From positions 1,280,001 to 1,344,000 of the forward strand of contig CBDHHL010000056.1 in assembly GCA_965263355.1 (NCBI GenBank): a stretch of DNA of 64,000 nucleotides. Reading direction: 5' to 3'. The first letter of the stretch is position 1. Each line of letters begins with the position of its first letter. A model generated the notes under the pieces. The model saw nothing but the letters and a program-made list of their open reading frames with translations, was not told the origin of the DNA and made no database searches. The stretch is from Leptolyngbyaceae cyanobacterium (GTDB lineage Bacteria > Cyanobacteriota > Cyanobacteriia > Phormidesmidales > Phormidesmidaceae). This document shows, one piece after another, positions 37,171 through 47,652 of the stretch. Position numbers and translations under genes: made by a program.

Positions 37171-37462
37171 CACTGACCTCAATCAGACAAGCTGCTTTCA
37201 TATCTTCAAGAATCCGTGTAAGGTCTTGTTTGCAGATGTCGGGTTCTACATCATATTCTGCAACTAATTTTTGATATATATCGTCAAAGGAACAAGGTTG
37301 CTGAATGAGTTCCCAGATACGTGCTCCTACTTCATTCAGGCCATAGTAAATACCTGAAGTCAAATTTAATATGATTGCTTCTCCCCCTAACTCAGATGCA
37401 ATTTGATCTTGAGCTGGTGAAATAGTCGCAATTGATGAAATATCTCCAATCTGTAAAGACAT
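37154..37462 (-). CDS. lasso peptide RiPP recognition element (B1), PqqD family
   Basis: GEAIILNL.SG.YYGLNEVGARIWELIQ...EYDV.....DL...L. Confidence 0.92.
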   Translation of the reverse strand: MSLQIGDISSIATISPAQDQIASELGGEAIILNLTSGIYYGLNEVGARIWELIQQPCSFDDIYQKLVAEYDVEPDICKQDLTRILEDMKAACLIEVSDETSI

Positions 37463-37661
37463 GGCTGATTAAGTATAAGAAAGGTTTAGTAATCTTGCTC
37501 TGTTGCTATACAATCTCTACGTAGTGCCATGGTGCTCAGCATAGACTGATTAGCCTAGTTATTTTCTCCAAAGAAGAAGTTCTATATCTGAAAAAAATAT
37601 TGATTTTGGCATCAACTTCATCAAAAAAAACTAACTTTTTACTTATATTTTGCAGTTTTTT

Positions 37662-38999
37662 TTAAGAGGCTTGCTTGAGGCATAGCTCATGCCAGCGCAG
37701 ACCAATTAACACGATACTGGTTAATGCAAAGCCAGGTTCTTCCATCAGAGTAAAAATGAAACCATTAACTAAAAAGTTCAGTACTAAGAATCGAGATACA
37801 TCATCTCTACAGGTTTTTCTCCAGGTTATGAACCATAAGGCGATATAACTAATCAAACCTAAAAATCCTAAATCTCCCCAGATGCCAGCCCAACCCCATA
37901 ACGGTGAGAAAAAGCTAGAGTCTAGGTAATGCCCTTGCCAGGCTTCCCATACTGCCTCACTAGCTGGATGGATTGTTGCGCCTAGTGACCCAACCAAGGA
38001 CCAATAATCTTTAAGCATCCAACCGCCAATGCGACCAATGGTATGTCCAGGACCTAAGCCCAGTAGCCAGTGGAAAGCAGAGGTATAGTAGGTAGGAATA
38101 ATTCTTAAAGGTTCAGTTTTCAAGAGGGTAGCATCACCATTAGGACCGTAAATCTCAGGGCGAATCCAAGTTTGATAAGCATGAAAAAGTTCTACATTAT
38201 AAATGCACCAGTAGAATGCATAACCGATTAAAAGTGCTGCAATGATATATTGAAAGGCGACTCTAAGGTCGGTAATCTTACTAAGGATCAGACATCCCCA
38301 AGCCAGAATCGCTACAAAAAGTACTTGTTTAGCATCTGCAAATAAGATTTGGCTTAGGACTGCGCCTAGTACAGAAATACGTACCCAAAGTGGTACCGTT
38401 TTGGCACTAACGTAGTAATACAGGCCAAATACTAAAGACGCACTAGCACCGACTACATGGCCGCCGGAGGATAAGTAAAAGACACCCTGAACATTGTCTT
38501 CAAGGGTCATGCGGGTATGTCTGAGCAGCCCCGTTTCCAAGCCAACTTTTTGGCTCAGTGCTAATCCAATATGAATAGCTCCAAAGCCAAGAATCCACTT
38601 TTTGAAACGGCTGAGAGATTCTGTTGTGAATGGAATAGAAATTATCGCTGTTAAAAAGATAAAGGGTTCTGAAATAATCATGAGCCCAAGAAAGACGTTA
38701 ACTAGCCCTGCATTATTTAGTAACGCACTGGCGGTTGCGATCGCAAACAATCCCATTAATCCACTAATCAATGCCTTCACAATAGTCAGCTGCTGTCGGT
38801 TTTGTCGTCGACTGCTAAACACAACCAAACTACAGGCAACAGGTGCCACCATAAAATGAACAAAATTTATTGGAGCCGGAGCCCCAAGTGACTGAAGAAT
38901 TCTTGGAAAAAAGGCAGCTGCAAATGCAATTATTAACAAGCGTGAGCTTGAAATAAAGCCTGCTTCTGCTTTGGAACGAGGGAGAGATTGAGTCTGCAT
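37662..38999 (-). CDS. polytopic membrane protein, probable Wzy polymerase / O-antigen-ligase-like
   Basis: About 11 hydrophobic segments, large late periplasmic loop, LLGLGPG and GDLG.LG motifs; last gene of the GT run. Confidence 0.6.
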   Translation of the reverse strand: MQTQSLPRSKAEAGFISSSRLLIIAFAAAFFPRILQSLGAPAPINFVHFMVAPVACSLVVFSSRRQNRQQLTIVKALISGLMGLFAIATASALLNNAGLVNVFLGLMIISEPFIFLTAIISIPFTTESLSRFKKWILGFGAIHIGLALSQKVGLETGLLRHTRMTLEDNVQGVFYLSSGGHVVGASASLVFGLYYYVSAKTVPLWVRISVLGAVLSQILFADAKQVLFVAILAWGCLILSKITDLRVAFQYIIAALLIGYAFYWCIYNVELFHAYQTWIRPEIYGPNGDATLLKTEPLRIIPTYYTSAFHWLLGLGPGHTIGRIGGWMLKDYWSLVGSLGATIHPASEAVWEAWQGHYLDSSFFSPLWGWAGIWGDLGFLGLISYIALWFITWRKTCRDDVSRFLVLNFLVNGFIFTLMEEPGFALTSIVLIGLRWHELCLKQAS

Positions 39000-40225
39000 T
39001 ATGGCAATATGGCCGCTGATGTTTGGGCAGATAAAGAAACTGGTAACAAGTTAGAATAGATAGATACCAGTTGCTTATAATTTGCTGTGGCTGTATAGTT
39101 CGCTTCAAACTCGGCACGGGCATTCCGCCGCATCTGTGCACATGCATCAGGCTGATTTAACATCCAAGTGACTTGACGTGCTAAATCACTCGAGTCGCCT
39201 GGGTTGAAATGTAAACCGGTATAGCCAGATTTCACAATTTCTGTAATGGCACCGATTTTAGAGGCAATCACAGGAGTGCCTGTTGCAAATGCTTCTACAG
39301 CTACACGACCAAACGTTTCGTACCATTTAGAAGGAAATATCAAAAACTTGGCTTCCCCCATCAGCTGATGTACTTCAGCCATAGGCCGACGGCCTAACCA
39401 TTCTATGTGTGATTGTTGTTGAGCTGCTTCAGTTACCAATGTAGACAGAGGGCCATCACCGACAACTTTTAGTGGAAAGGATACGTTTAACTGCCGCCAT
39501 GCAGCCAGTAGAGTATCTAAGCCTTTTTCCACTGATAAGCGACCTACAAAAAGGGCGTAATTACCTTTGCCATTACCTACACTTGGTTCTGGAGCAACAA
39601 AGTTTGGTTTGACCACAATTTTGTTGGCAGATAGACCTCCTTCAATAAATTTTTGACGTGCAAACTCTGTCAATGCAATATAGCGATCGACTTTACTATG
39701 CCAGGTATTTATGGCTCTATGGGCTGACAGCATAGCTGCCACTCCTGCACTGGCGATGCGATTTTCTCGATAACAGCCGTGCATAATGCCTGGGTAGGGA
39801 ATCGGCTTGCCGACACATGATTCACACACTTGGCCTTGCCGAAAAAATAGCCCATTAGGACACACCAAACGATAGTTATGCAGGGTTTGGACTACAGGAA
39901 TTCCTTCCGCCTTGGCTGCGTAATAAATAGAAGGGGAGATAAGGGGAAAGAAGTTTTGGACATGCACAATATCGTAGTGATTTTGCGAAAGGCTTTGACG
40001 AATGGTCTGATACGTTTTTTTCGACCAAACAGTCTGCGCTGCTAGCGTTAGTTTAGTAGCCTGAGAAATACTGTCGTTGTTTTCTTCGTAGAGGTCTACA
40101 TGGTGCCCATGCTGGCGCAACAGTTCCACCTCGGCTTCGTAGCATTCTTCTTCGCCACCTCGAATTTGATAGCGGTTGTGAACCCCTAGGATACGCATGT
40201 GCAATTTAGTCCAAGCTTTCTTCAA
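38999..40225 (-). CDS. glycosyltransferase family 4
   Basis: HNRYQIRGGEE, TLHNYRL.CP, VGRLSVEKG, PSKWYETFG...EAFA.GTPVI. Confidence 0.92.
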   Translation of the reverse strand: MKKAWTKLHMRILGVHNRYQIRGGEEECYEAEVELLRQHGHHVDLYEENNDSISQATKLTLAAQTVWSKKTYQTIRQSLSQNHYDIVHVQNFFPLISPSIYYAAKAEGIPVVQTLHNYRLVCPNGLFFRQGQVCESCVGKPIPYPGIMHGCYRENRIASAGVAAMLSAHRAINTWHSKVDRYIALTEFARQKFIEGGLSANKIVVKPNFVAPEPSVGNGKGNYALFVGRLSVEKGLDTLLAAWRQLNVSFPLKVVGDGPLSTLVTEAAQQQSHIEWLGRRPMAEVHQLMGEAKFLIFPSKWYETFGRVAVEAFATGTPVIASKIGAITEIVKSGYTGLHFNPGDSSDLARQVTWMLNQPDACAQMRRNARAEFEANYTATANYKQLVSIYSNLLPVSLSAQTSAAILP

Positions 40226-40714
40226 ATCTACACAATCTCGCTCAAAAGTCAGGGCAGTTTATGAGATATATTCTAAACACCTGAAATGTTGCCATCCAGA
40301 CCTTTCAAGGTGTGCTGGCAATAAGTTTTACATTTGGACGAAGCTATCATTTGGTAAGGATTGGGACCTTACTCTGTAATTTAGACTGGCAGGTCAAATG
40401 TACTATTTTTAGATAATTTTGGCTAGTTTAGAGCTACGTAAGAAGTAATACTCCAAAAAAATAAACTATTGCTATCAGGAACCTTGAATTTATAGACAAA
40501 GCTTTCTTAAACTTTGAAAGCTAGGTTTATTTCCTAGAGAGGCTTTTGAAAATTATTAAAAATATTCATTTGACCTTGAAAGGGCTGATGTTGATATCCT
40601 AAAATACCTATACGGAAAAATAAATACTGCACTTATCTGCAGAAACTCTCTAGTAGTAGCTCGTGAGCTACCTACTATGAACAACCCTCAGTTAATACAT
40701 TTCCTTGATACAAG

Positions 40715-41740
40715 CTATGCTTTCTTGCTAGAAGAATAGCCCAATACTTGTGGCACAAACCTTTTCATAAAAATTGAAATACACACAGTAACAAAAGTTG
40801 CTAATGCAGTATAAATTATTGCTATCCCGATCCCCTTATCAAATATTGCTTTGTCTATATTCAATCCATATACTAGGAAGCCTGTAATTAGAGGAATAAC
40901 TAAGAGATGAGTTGAAAAAATAACTAATGTGTTTTCACCGATAATTGAGAGCACAGGATTATGTGGGATTAGTTTAGAAATAAAAGAAAATAAGAAGATT
41001 CCAGAAAATGCAGCTATATAAAACAAAAAATAGTTACCATAATCGCCTATATAAAATTCCACAGTAGAATTCAGAAAAGCTGTGAGTATAAATACCAAAA
41101 GCAATATAACTGCTATATACCAGCGTTGAATCCAAAGTTGATCATTACTATGTAACTGAAAACTAAGAATATAACCTACAGTAAAGAATACGAGTCCAGT
41201 CAAAGAAATTCCTAGGTTCCAAGGTATTGCTATGCCTTCAGGTGCCTTACACATATACCCAAGCACGGATATAGGCAGTAGCATAAAAGTGAATAAGAAC
41301 TTTCTGTTTCGTAATTTAAATAAAAAATAAAAATATATCTGAGTCGTAAATAATGCAGTAAAAAACCAGAGAGCAACATTATTACTAATCCATCCTTCCA
41401 CAGCTGTACCATAAAAAATACCAATCAATGCTTTTGGTGGGTCAAATGATTGAGCCTTAAAGTTTTGAAGAAAAAAAAGCCATATAAAAAAGGTTGATAT
41501 TGAGAAGAAAAGGTAGGGAATTAATAATCTCTGAGCCATCTTCTTTAAAACTAAAATAAATTTTTCCTCATAGAAACTGTCTTTTACTAAAAGCCCTGAA
41601 ACAAAGAAAAATAGTGGTATAAAAAAAGACTTTATATAAACTTCAAACCACATTCCACTAACACGACCTGTATGTACTAAAACTACTAATAAAATCCCAA
41701 TTGCACGTAGATTATCTATCCAATATATCCGCTTACTCAT
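40715..41740 (-). CDS. acyltransferase family 3 (polysaccharide O-acetyltransferase)
   Basis: RIYWID.LRAIGILLVV..H, PLFFFVSG, RLLIPY, LWF; about 10 TM segments. Confidence 0.9.
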   Translation of the reverse strand: MSKRIYWIDNLRAIGILLVVLVHTGRVSGMWFEVYIKSFFIPLFFFVSGLLVKDSFYEEKFILVLKKMAQRLLIPYLFFSISTFFIWLFFLQNFKAQSFDPPKALIGIFYGTAVEGWISNNVALWFFTALFTTQIYFYFLFKLRNRKFLFTFMLLPISVLGYMCKAPEGIAIPWNLGISLTGLVFFTVGYILSFQLHSNDQLWIQRWYIAVILLLVFILTAFLNSTVEFYIGDYGNYFLFYIAAFSGIFLFSFISKLIPHNPVLSIIGENTLVIFSTHLLVIPLITGFLVYGLNIDKAIFDKGIGIAIIYTALATFVTVCISIFMKRFVPQVLGYSSSKKA

Positions 41741-41875
41741 AGTATTTTAATGGTATAAATTTAGTATAAAAATATCTTTTTTGATAACATCTTGAAAATT
41801 CAACTGTAAATAATAAGCGTGGTTTTTCAGGAGCTACGACAAAAAGAATTCTCTAAACTAAAGAATAAATTGGAG

Positions 41876-43138
41876 CTATAGTTCTAATTTATTCTTTGTA
41901 GCCTCCGATAACTCTTGATATAGCTGACTTAACTCTTGTCCTTTGGCATACCAACTGTACTGCTCTTTTATCAGTCTCTTCCCTGCTTCACCCATGTTTT
42001 TTCGCAAGTTAGAGTCTTTGGCCAAGCGAGCCATAGCATCACTTAAATCTTTGATCACTTGCTCTGGCGCATGGGCAACAATCCTAAATCCAGTTTCATC
42101 AGTAACCTGTGCGGCAGGACCTCCAAGGTCTAAACACAAAATCGGTCGTCCCGCTGCCATGCCTTCCAAACAAACCCAGCCACCAGAGTCATGTAGGCTA
42201 GGATGTACTAGCACATGGCTTTGGGCAAGTTTTTCTAATGTTTGCTCACGAGGCAGTCGTCCCCAAAATTTAACTTTGTTGGCAACGCCTAACTCTTTGG
42301 CCAATGCCTCAAAGTTTTCCATTTCAGGGCCGTCACCTAAAATCCAATATTCGGCATTAAGTAAGTTAGCCTTAGCAAAGGCCTTAATCCCTAAGTAAAA
42401 TCCTTTCCAATGCAGCAGACGTCCCATGCTGATAAAGCGCAAAGGGCCATCCTCTGGCAATGGACAGTGGTTTAGTTTTTCTATTTCTTCTAGGGCTAGG
42501 CCAGACTCTGATGCTATTTGTACCTGAGTAGCTCCCATTTTACTAAGTTGCTTTGCTGTATCTTGAGTAGTTGCACGTACCACAGCACTACGCTGTGCTG
42601 TTAACCGAGTAAAGGGATCAATTTCACCGACTTTATGAGCTAGCCAGCGCAGTTTTTCATACCGCTTTGCCTTGGTACTAAAGTCTTTGAAAAAGGGTTT
42701 AGGTGCTTGTTCACCACCGCCTACAGGTCCCCATACAAAAGGAATGGGCAATAGAGAGAGCCAGCTGGGTGTTGAATAACGGACAAAGGTAACATGGTGA
42801 GCCACGTCAAAGTTAATCTCTTTATGTAAGCGACGAGCCACAAAATAGGCCTGAATTTGCCAAAGATAATAGTGAATTTGCATTGCACCAGATTGCCCCA
42901 GACGCATGCTATCTTGCCAGAAAGGTAGAGTAAAATAGACAAATTTCAGATTTGGAGTTGGATTGCGAGCAAGTTCTGCTTCGATGGCGTCTTTACTTTC
43001 ATCGGGACGAGTCAAAGCCCAAACCTGATGATGTCTAGCCACTTCACGAACAATGTTCCAGCCAACACCTGGTTCGGATCCTTTGCCAGGTTCACATGAA
43101 TACGCTGATATAAGAACTTTCATGAGTACTGCTTCCAA
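41876..43138 (-). CDS. glycosyltransferase family 4
   Basis: SAYSCEPGKGSEPGVGW, WGPVGGGE, GRLLHWKG, PSLHDSGG...EGMAAG.P. Confidence 0.92.
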   Translation of the reverse strand: MEAVLMKVLISAYSCEPGKGSEPGVGWNIVREVARHHQVWALTRPDESKDAIEAELARNPTPNLKFVYFTLPFWQDSMRLGQSGAMQIHYYLWQIQAYFVARRLHKEINFDVAHHVTFVRYSTPSWLSLLPIPFVWGPVGGGEQAPKPFFKDFSTKAKRYEKLRWLAHKVGEIDPFTRLTAQRSAVVRATTQDTAKQLSKMGATQVQIASESGLALEEIEKLNHCPLPEDGPLRFISMGRLLHWKGFYLGIKAFAKANLLNAEYWILGDGPEMENFEALAKELGVANKVKFWGRLPREQTLEKLAQSHVLVHPSLHDSGGWVCLEGMAAGRPILCLDLGGPAAQVTDETGFRIVAHAPEQVIKDLSDAMARLAKDSNLRKNMGEAGKRLIKEQYSWYAKGQELSQLYQELSEATKNKLEL

Positions 43139-43207
43139 AATATTCAGCTATAGAGATAGCCACTTAGATTGATACTGCTGACTACAAATTTATAGAACAA
43201 GAGGAGA

Positions 43208-44077
43208 TCAGAGACTTATTTGAGACTGGCAAATAGTCCAAAAAGATGTGCCATGTGGAACCGCAACACAATTCCATGACCTTTCAACTTCTAAGTCCAA
43301 CATTCCATCACTTCGGAGTCTAAAAATCTTATATTTATCCTGACTCAGGATAGTTTGGATTACATCTAGTTTAAAGTGCTTTTTGCTTATATGATTATAC
43401 TCAAATATTATTAGTGGGCTATTTTTTCTGATAAATGTTAGTCCACCTCTAAGAACGTTCGGCTCAAACCCTTCTACATCAACAAGCATAATTGGATTTA
43501 AAACATCCTTCGGCAGCTCACTATCAAGAGTTGTTGGATAATAAACTTCTGCCTCTAAATCAGTTCTATAATCAATTACTCCAGAACCTTTTTGATTCCC
43601 CTTTTTATTATCAAAATACAAAGGAGAATTAGAATCACTGACAACAGCATCTATGACTTTAGCATCATGGAAATCGTTCAATTGCAGTGTTTTTTTAATA
43701 CTTTCAGAACATTCTTTAATCGGTTCAAAAGCATATATTTTCCTCACTTTTTTATAAGGAATCATACTTACAACCATCTCACCGATATTGGCACCCACGT
43801 CGATAAACTCACAAGATTCGGGAATATTTTCAACAACATGTTTTAGAATCTTATGCGTTTCAGGCTCTGTCCAGCAATCAGAAATGAGTTTATTATAGCA
43901 GGTAGATACTTTATGATTGAAATGCATCTTTCTGCCTTTAATGGTAAAAAAATGATCATCTCTAACTTGCTCTAATAGAAATTTATGTCCCTTTATCTGA
44001 ATTCCAAATATCTCTTTTAAAGACTTAAAAAGATAGCCGTATAATCTTGCAATCAGGAAAAACATATTGACAAGCAC
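43208..44077 (-). CDS. FkbM family methyltransferase
   Basis: FIDVGANIG, AFEP, VDVEGFE, IIFE. Confidence 0.9.
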   Translation of the reverse strand: MLVNMFFLIARLYGYLFKSLKEIFGIQIKGHKFLLEQVRDDHFFTIKGRKMHFNHKVSTCYNKLISDCWTEPETHKILKHVVENIPESCEFIDVGANIGEMVVSMIPYKKVRKIYAFEPIKECSESIKKTLQLNDFHDAKVIDAVVSDSNSPLYFDNKKGNQKGSGVIDYRTDLEAEVYYPTTLDSELPKDVLNPIMLVDVEGFEPNVLRGGLTFIRKNSPLIIFEYNHISKKHFKLDVIQTILSQDKYKIFRLRSDGMLDLEVERSWNCVAVPHGTSFWTICQSQISL

Positions 44078-44138
44078 CTAAAATAGAATCAAAACTTTTA
44101 AACCGCATTAAAATCAAAATAATGAATATTTAGATTTT

Positions 44139-45194
44139 TTATTTAAATAAAAAATCTAAATATTCATTTAGAACGATGTTCTTAGAGAAGTTTTCTTCCA
44201 TTAAATTACGGCTTTCTCTCTTCATTCTTTCAATAGTTTCTCGATTTTTAATTAAATAATCGAGCTTCTGCATTAAATCCTCTGAGGATTCACAAATAAA
44301 TCCATTTATTCCATTTTTGATGATTTCAGGAGCACCTAAAGCATGCTTAGTTGTCAGGACTGCTAATCCAGCACAAGCAGCCTCTCCTAAAACTGAAGGA
44401 TAACTATCACACTTTGTTGGAAGCACAAATATATCATGGCTAGAAAAGATTTCAGAATGTTTTGCTTCGCCATACTTTACATTAGCTTCAACTTTAATTC
44501 CAGGATAATAATCAATAGGATAGTTTGTCATAAAGGTCAGTCTTAGATTAGTCTTTTTAGACTCTTTAAACCACTGAATTAACTCTGGTCCACCCTTACG
44601 ACCAAAGTCTCCACCAACAAAAAGTAGTCTGACTTCGTCATCATTTCTATTAATACTCGGTGAAAATCTTTGTAAATCTTGGTCAAAAGGAAGCTTGACA
44701 TTGACAAGTTTATGGCGAGGAACTTTATAATCAGTCTCAATCTGATTAATAACAGCATTTGTAAGACACATTACCCGTTTTTGGGTATGTAGAACTTTTT
44801 TATGGATAGCTGTTTGGAGAAAGTTAGACATGCACTGATTATGAATCGATTCATAAAGCTTACGTGTCCAATCCGTAACAATAAAACTAGTGTTTTTAGA
44901 TGTTACTGGCAGTGCAAATAATGCAGGACTAACACCATGAAATAATATTATTCGACCTTCATTCTTAGCTTGTAATACGGCTCTCTGTAATGCAAAAGAT
45001 GCTAAAAACCTTTTAAATATTCGAATTGTATAACCTAAAATTGAGGTTGGATGTTTCTTATTCTTTTCAGGATGAAATTGATAGGTCTTTAAGTCAACGT
45101 TACCGCTAAATAAACTAGTGAATTTATTTTCAAAAGTTGTATTGCCTAAATCTACAGGAAAGGTTACCAAAAATAACTTCTTAGTCATCATCAA
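44139..45194 (-). CDS. glycosyltransferase family 4
   Basis: LFVGGDFGRKGG, FVLPT..D.Y..VLGEA...GL, EII..G.NG. Confidence 0.88.
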   Translation of the reverse strand: MMMTKKLFLVTFPVDLGNTTFENKFTSLFSGNVDLKTYQFHPEKNKKHPTSILGYTIRIFKRFLASFALQRAVLQAKNEGRIILFHGVSPALFALPVTSKNTSFIVTDWTRKLYESIHNQCMSNFLQTAIHKKVLHTQKRVMCLTNAVINQIETDYKVPRHKLVNVKLPFDQDLQRFSPSINRNDDEVRLLFVGGDFGRKGGPELIQWFKESKKTNLRLTFMTNYPIDYYPGIKVEANVKYGEAKHSEIFSSHDIFVLPTKCDSYPSVLGEAACAGLAVLTTKHALGAPEIIKNGINGFICESSEDLMQKLDYLIKNRETIERMKRESRNLMEENFSKNIVLNEYLDFLFK

Positions 45195-45572
45195 AGCCTA
45201 GTAATAAAAAACTTGAATTAGCTATAGTGCTTAAAATCTGGGATGTATTAAAGCTAATGACTTAAAGATTTAATAAATTAGAGTGATTTAAGCTAGTTTT
45301 CTACCATCAATGAGTCTTTTTAGCAGTAGTTAAACCTAATATCGAATAGTTATTCATTGAAAAGAACATGAATATAATATATGGTGATTTTATAATAAGT
45401 TCTCTCTATTTTTTGATCTAAAATTTATCTAAAAATTGTTGTTACTATGACTTACATCAGTAATTGATAAAATCCCCTTATTTCTCAGTATATTTTGGAT
45501 GTGATTTAGTCTCTTTTAGGGATCTTTGACTTGAACTTTTTGAGAGTATCAGGTAGATGACTAATAAAAGGT

Positions 45573-46679
45573 CTAGCTTAATACATCAGTGTATATTTTT
45601 TGGACTTTTTTAGTATTTTTTTCCCAGTTAAATAGCTGAACTCTACTAAGACTTTTTTGCCTAAGATTTTGATATTCATGTCTATTATCATATAGATAAT
45701 ATGCTGCATCTGCTATTTCATTGGGCTTCTTGGGGTCTATAAGGACGCCTGAATCACCAACAACTTCAGGCATAGCTGAAACCTTAGAAGTAATTACAGG
45801 AGTTCCACAGGCCATTGCTTCTACCAGTGTTAGTCCAAACCCTTCATGTAAAGAAGGGGCAATCAATAGATCAGCAATGTTATATAGTTTCATAAGATGG
45901 GTTTGGTTTGGTTTGCCGACATATTGTATTTCTGTCTGGATATTATGCTCTCTTATTAGTTCTTTTTGACGATCACTAAAGTCACTACCTGCCTTTAAAA
46001 GCATGACAGAAAGCCCGCGTTGTTTCAGCATAGAAACTGCTTTAATCAGATTTTCAAGATTCTTACGGGGATGATTAGACCCTACATTCAAAAGACATAA
46101 GGTATTAGACGAAATATTGTAAGCGGCACGAGTTTGGGAAATTTTTTCCTGAGGCAAGGGTAAAAAACTAGATTCAACCGAATTATATACAACCGTAATT
46201 TTAGCTGGATCAATGTTAAGGAAATTCACCATGTCATTGGCTGTCGTTTGAGATACGGCGATAATATGATCGGCATATCTCATCGACTTCACTGCTCTCA
46301 TCCATAAACCGTCACTAATTAGAGGCAGCCGAATCGAGTCACTCAAGTTTTTTCTATAGAAAAGGTTGATTAAGTCATGACATGTAACGACAACCTTTCT
46401 CTTGCTCTGTTTTAGCCAACGAACGATATGTGCTTCACTGTGATCTACAACATGAAAAATATCTGCAGACTGTTGTGTAATAGCGTGAGGAAAACGCCAG
46501 AATCTTTCGTAAGATTTCTGAGTTCGTAAAATTATTGACTGACTACTACGATCAATATTTTGAGGCTTGAGTTGGATAATATCCCATTCAGGCTGAATTG
46601 TCTGAAAGCCATGGACTAAACTATCAGCATAAACATCCATGCTGAAATTTTGCATTGTTCGTACTATCCCAAGTCTCAT
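45573..46679 (-). CDS. glycosyltransferase family 4 (mannosyltransferase-like)
   Basis: VTCHDL, IIAVS..T, VGS..PRKN, PSLHEGFGL..VEAMACGTPVI. Confidence 0.92.
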   Translation of the reverse strand: MRLGIVRTMQNFSMDVYADSLVHGFQTIQPEWDIIQLKPQNIDRSSQSIILRTQKSYERFWRFPHAITQQSADIFHVVDHSEAHIVRWLKQSKRKVVVTCHDLINLFYRKNLSDSIRLPLISDGLWMRAVKSMRYADHIIAVSQTTANDMVNFLNIDPAKITVVYNSVESSFLPLPQEKISQTRAAYNISSNTLCLLNVGSNHPRKNLENLIKAVSMLKQRGLSVMLLKAGSDFSDRQKELIREHNIQTEIQYVGKPNQTHLMKLYNIADLLIAPSLHEGFGLTLVEAMACGTPVITSKVSAMPEVVGDSGVLIDPKKPNEIADAAYYLYDNRHEYQNLRQKSLSRVQLFNWEKNTKKVQKIYTDVLS

Positions 46680-46771
46680 AGCTTAATTACTAGTTATGCC
46701 TATTTTTGATTGTTTGAGAAAACTTCACTTGGTGAATATCCTAGCTAGTGGGGTATATGATGAGTTACAAA

Positions 46772-47401
46772 CTAGTATTTGTCTCCCATTAATAAATAGC
46801 TACCATAAATGCCTAAAAATGGAAATCGAGTCCCAAGATAGAGAGATATTTTCCCACTTCCAAAAACTTTTATGCGAGAAAATCCAATCATTTTCAAACG
46901 AAACTTAAGTGCATCAGGAAAATGCTGTGAAACGTGCGATGCCTGAAGAACAGTCTCTTTGTTAATAGTATTCTTTATACTGTATGGATTAGGAGTTGTC
47001 AGGAGTAGACGCCCCTTAGGACGTAAAACTCGAAAAAACTCTGATAGAGTTTTTTCAACATCAGCAGGATAAAGGTGTTCAATGAACTCACCTGCAGTAA
47101 CAATATCGAATGAATTATCCTCTACGGGGATATCAGTTGATAAACCATAGATGCTCTTTTTATAAACCCCCTTAGGTAGTCTTTCTAACTTGTCTTTAGC
47201 ACAATCCAACGCAAAAATTTCTAATTTTGATTCTAGTTTTTTTAACGTTTGGCCACCTTGCCCCATATTGCAGCCCACATCGAGAACTGTACTAGTATCT
47301 TTTGAAAAATGTCGATAAAACTGTGAATATCTAGTCTGAGTAAAAGGGTCTTCCCAGCCGATGGCATCTTGCAGGTTCAACTGTTCATATTTACTAAGCA
47401 T
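46772..47401 (-). CDS. class I SAM-dependent methyltransferase
   Basis: VLDVGCNMG, SFD.V...E.IEHL, RVLRP.G.L.LTTPN. Confidence 0.9.
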   Translation of the reverse strand: MLSKYEQLNLQDAIGWEDPFTQTRYSQFYRHFSKDTSTVLDVGCNMGQGGQTLKKLESKLEIFALDCAKDKLERLPKGVYKKSIYGLSTDIPVEDNSFDIVTAGEFIEHLYPADVEKTLSEFFRVLRPKGRLLLTTPNPYSIKNTINKETVLQASHVSQHFPDALKFRLKMIGFSRIKVFGSGKISLYLGTRFPFLGIYGSYLLMGDKY

Positions 47402-47652
47402 AATTTTTTCCTAGGGATAAGTAATAAATTTCTCTCAAGTTGGTGGGTAAGCTATGACAATAGTTAGAGCTATTGCTTAACCTCACACGATGACCCTTGG
47501 CACAATAGATACCGATAGCTAATTTTTTCACGTTCTCACAGCTTCAATTATCTATTCGATTTTAGAAAATGTATAAGTAATCAGTATTTATTTAAGTATT
47601 AGTAGATGTTGGTTGAGCAAATTGCCAAATCCTTATATGTCTAAGCTATTGC

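Noticed and set aside
37154..37462. PQQ biosynthesis gene pqqD
   Set aside because: No pqqA/B/C/E nearby; it is the RRE of the lasso cluster.
37463..37661. Second lasso precursor upstream of B1
   Set aside because: No small ORF with a YxxPxL leader found on the minus strand.
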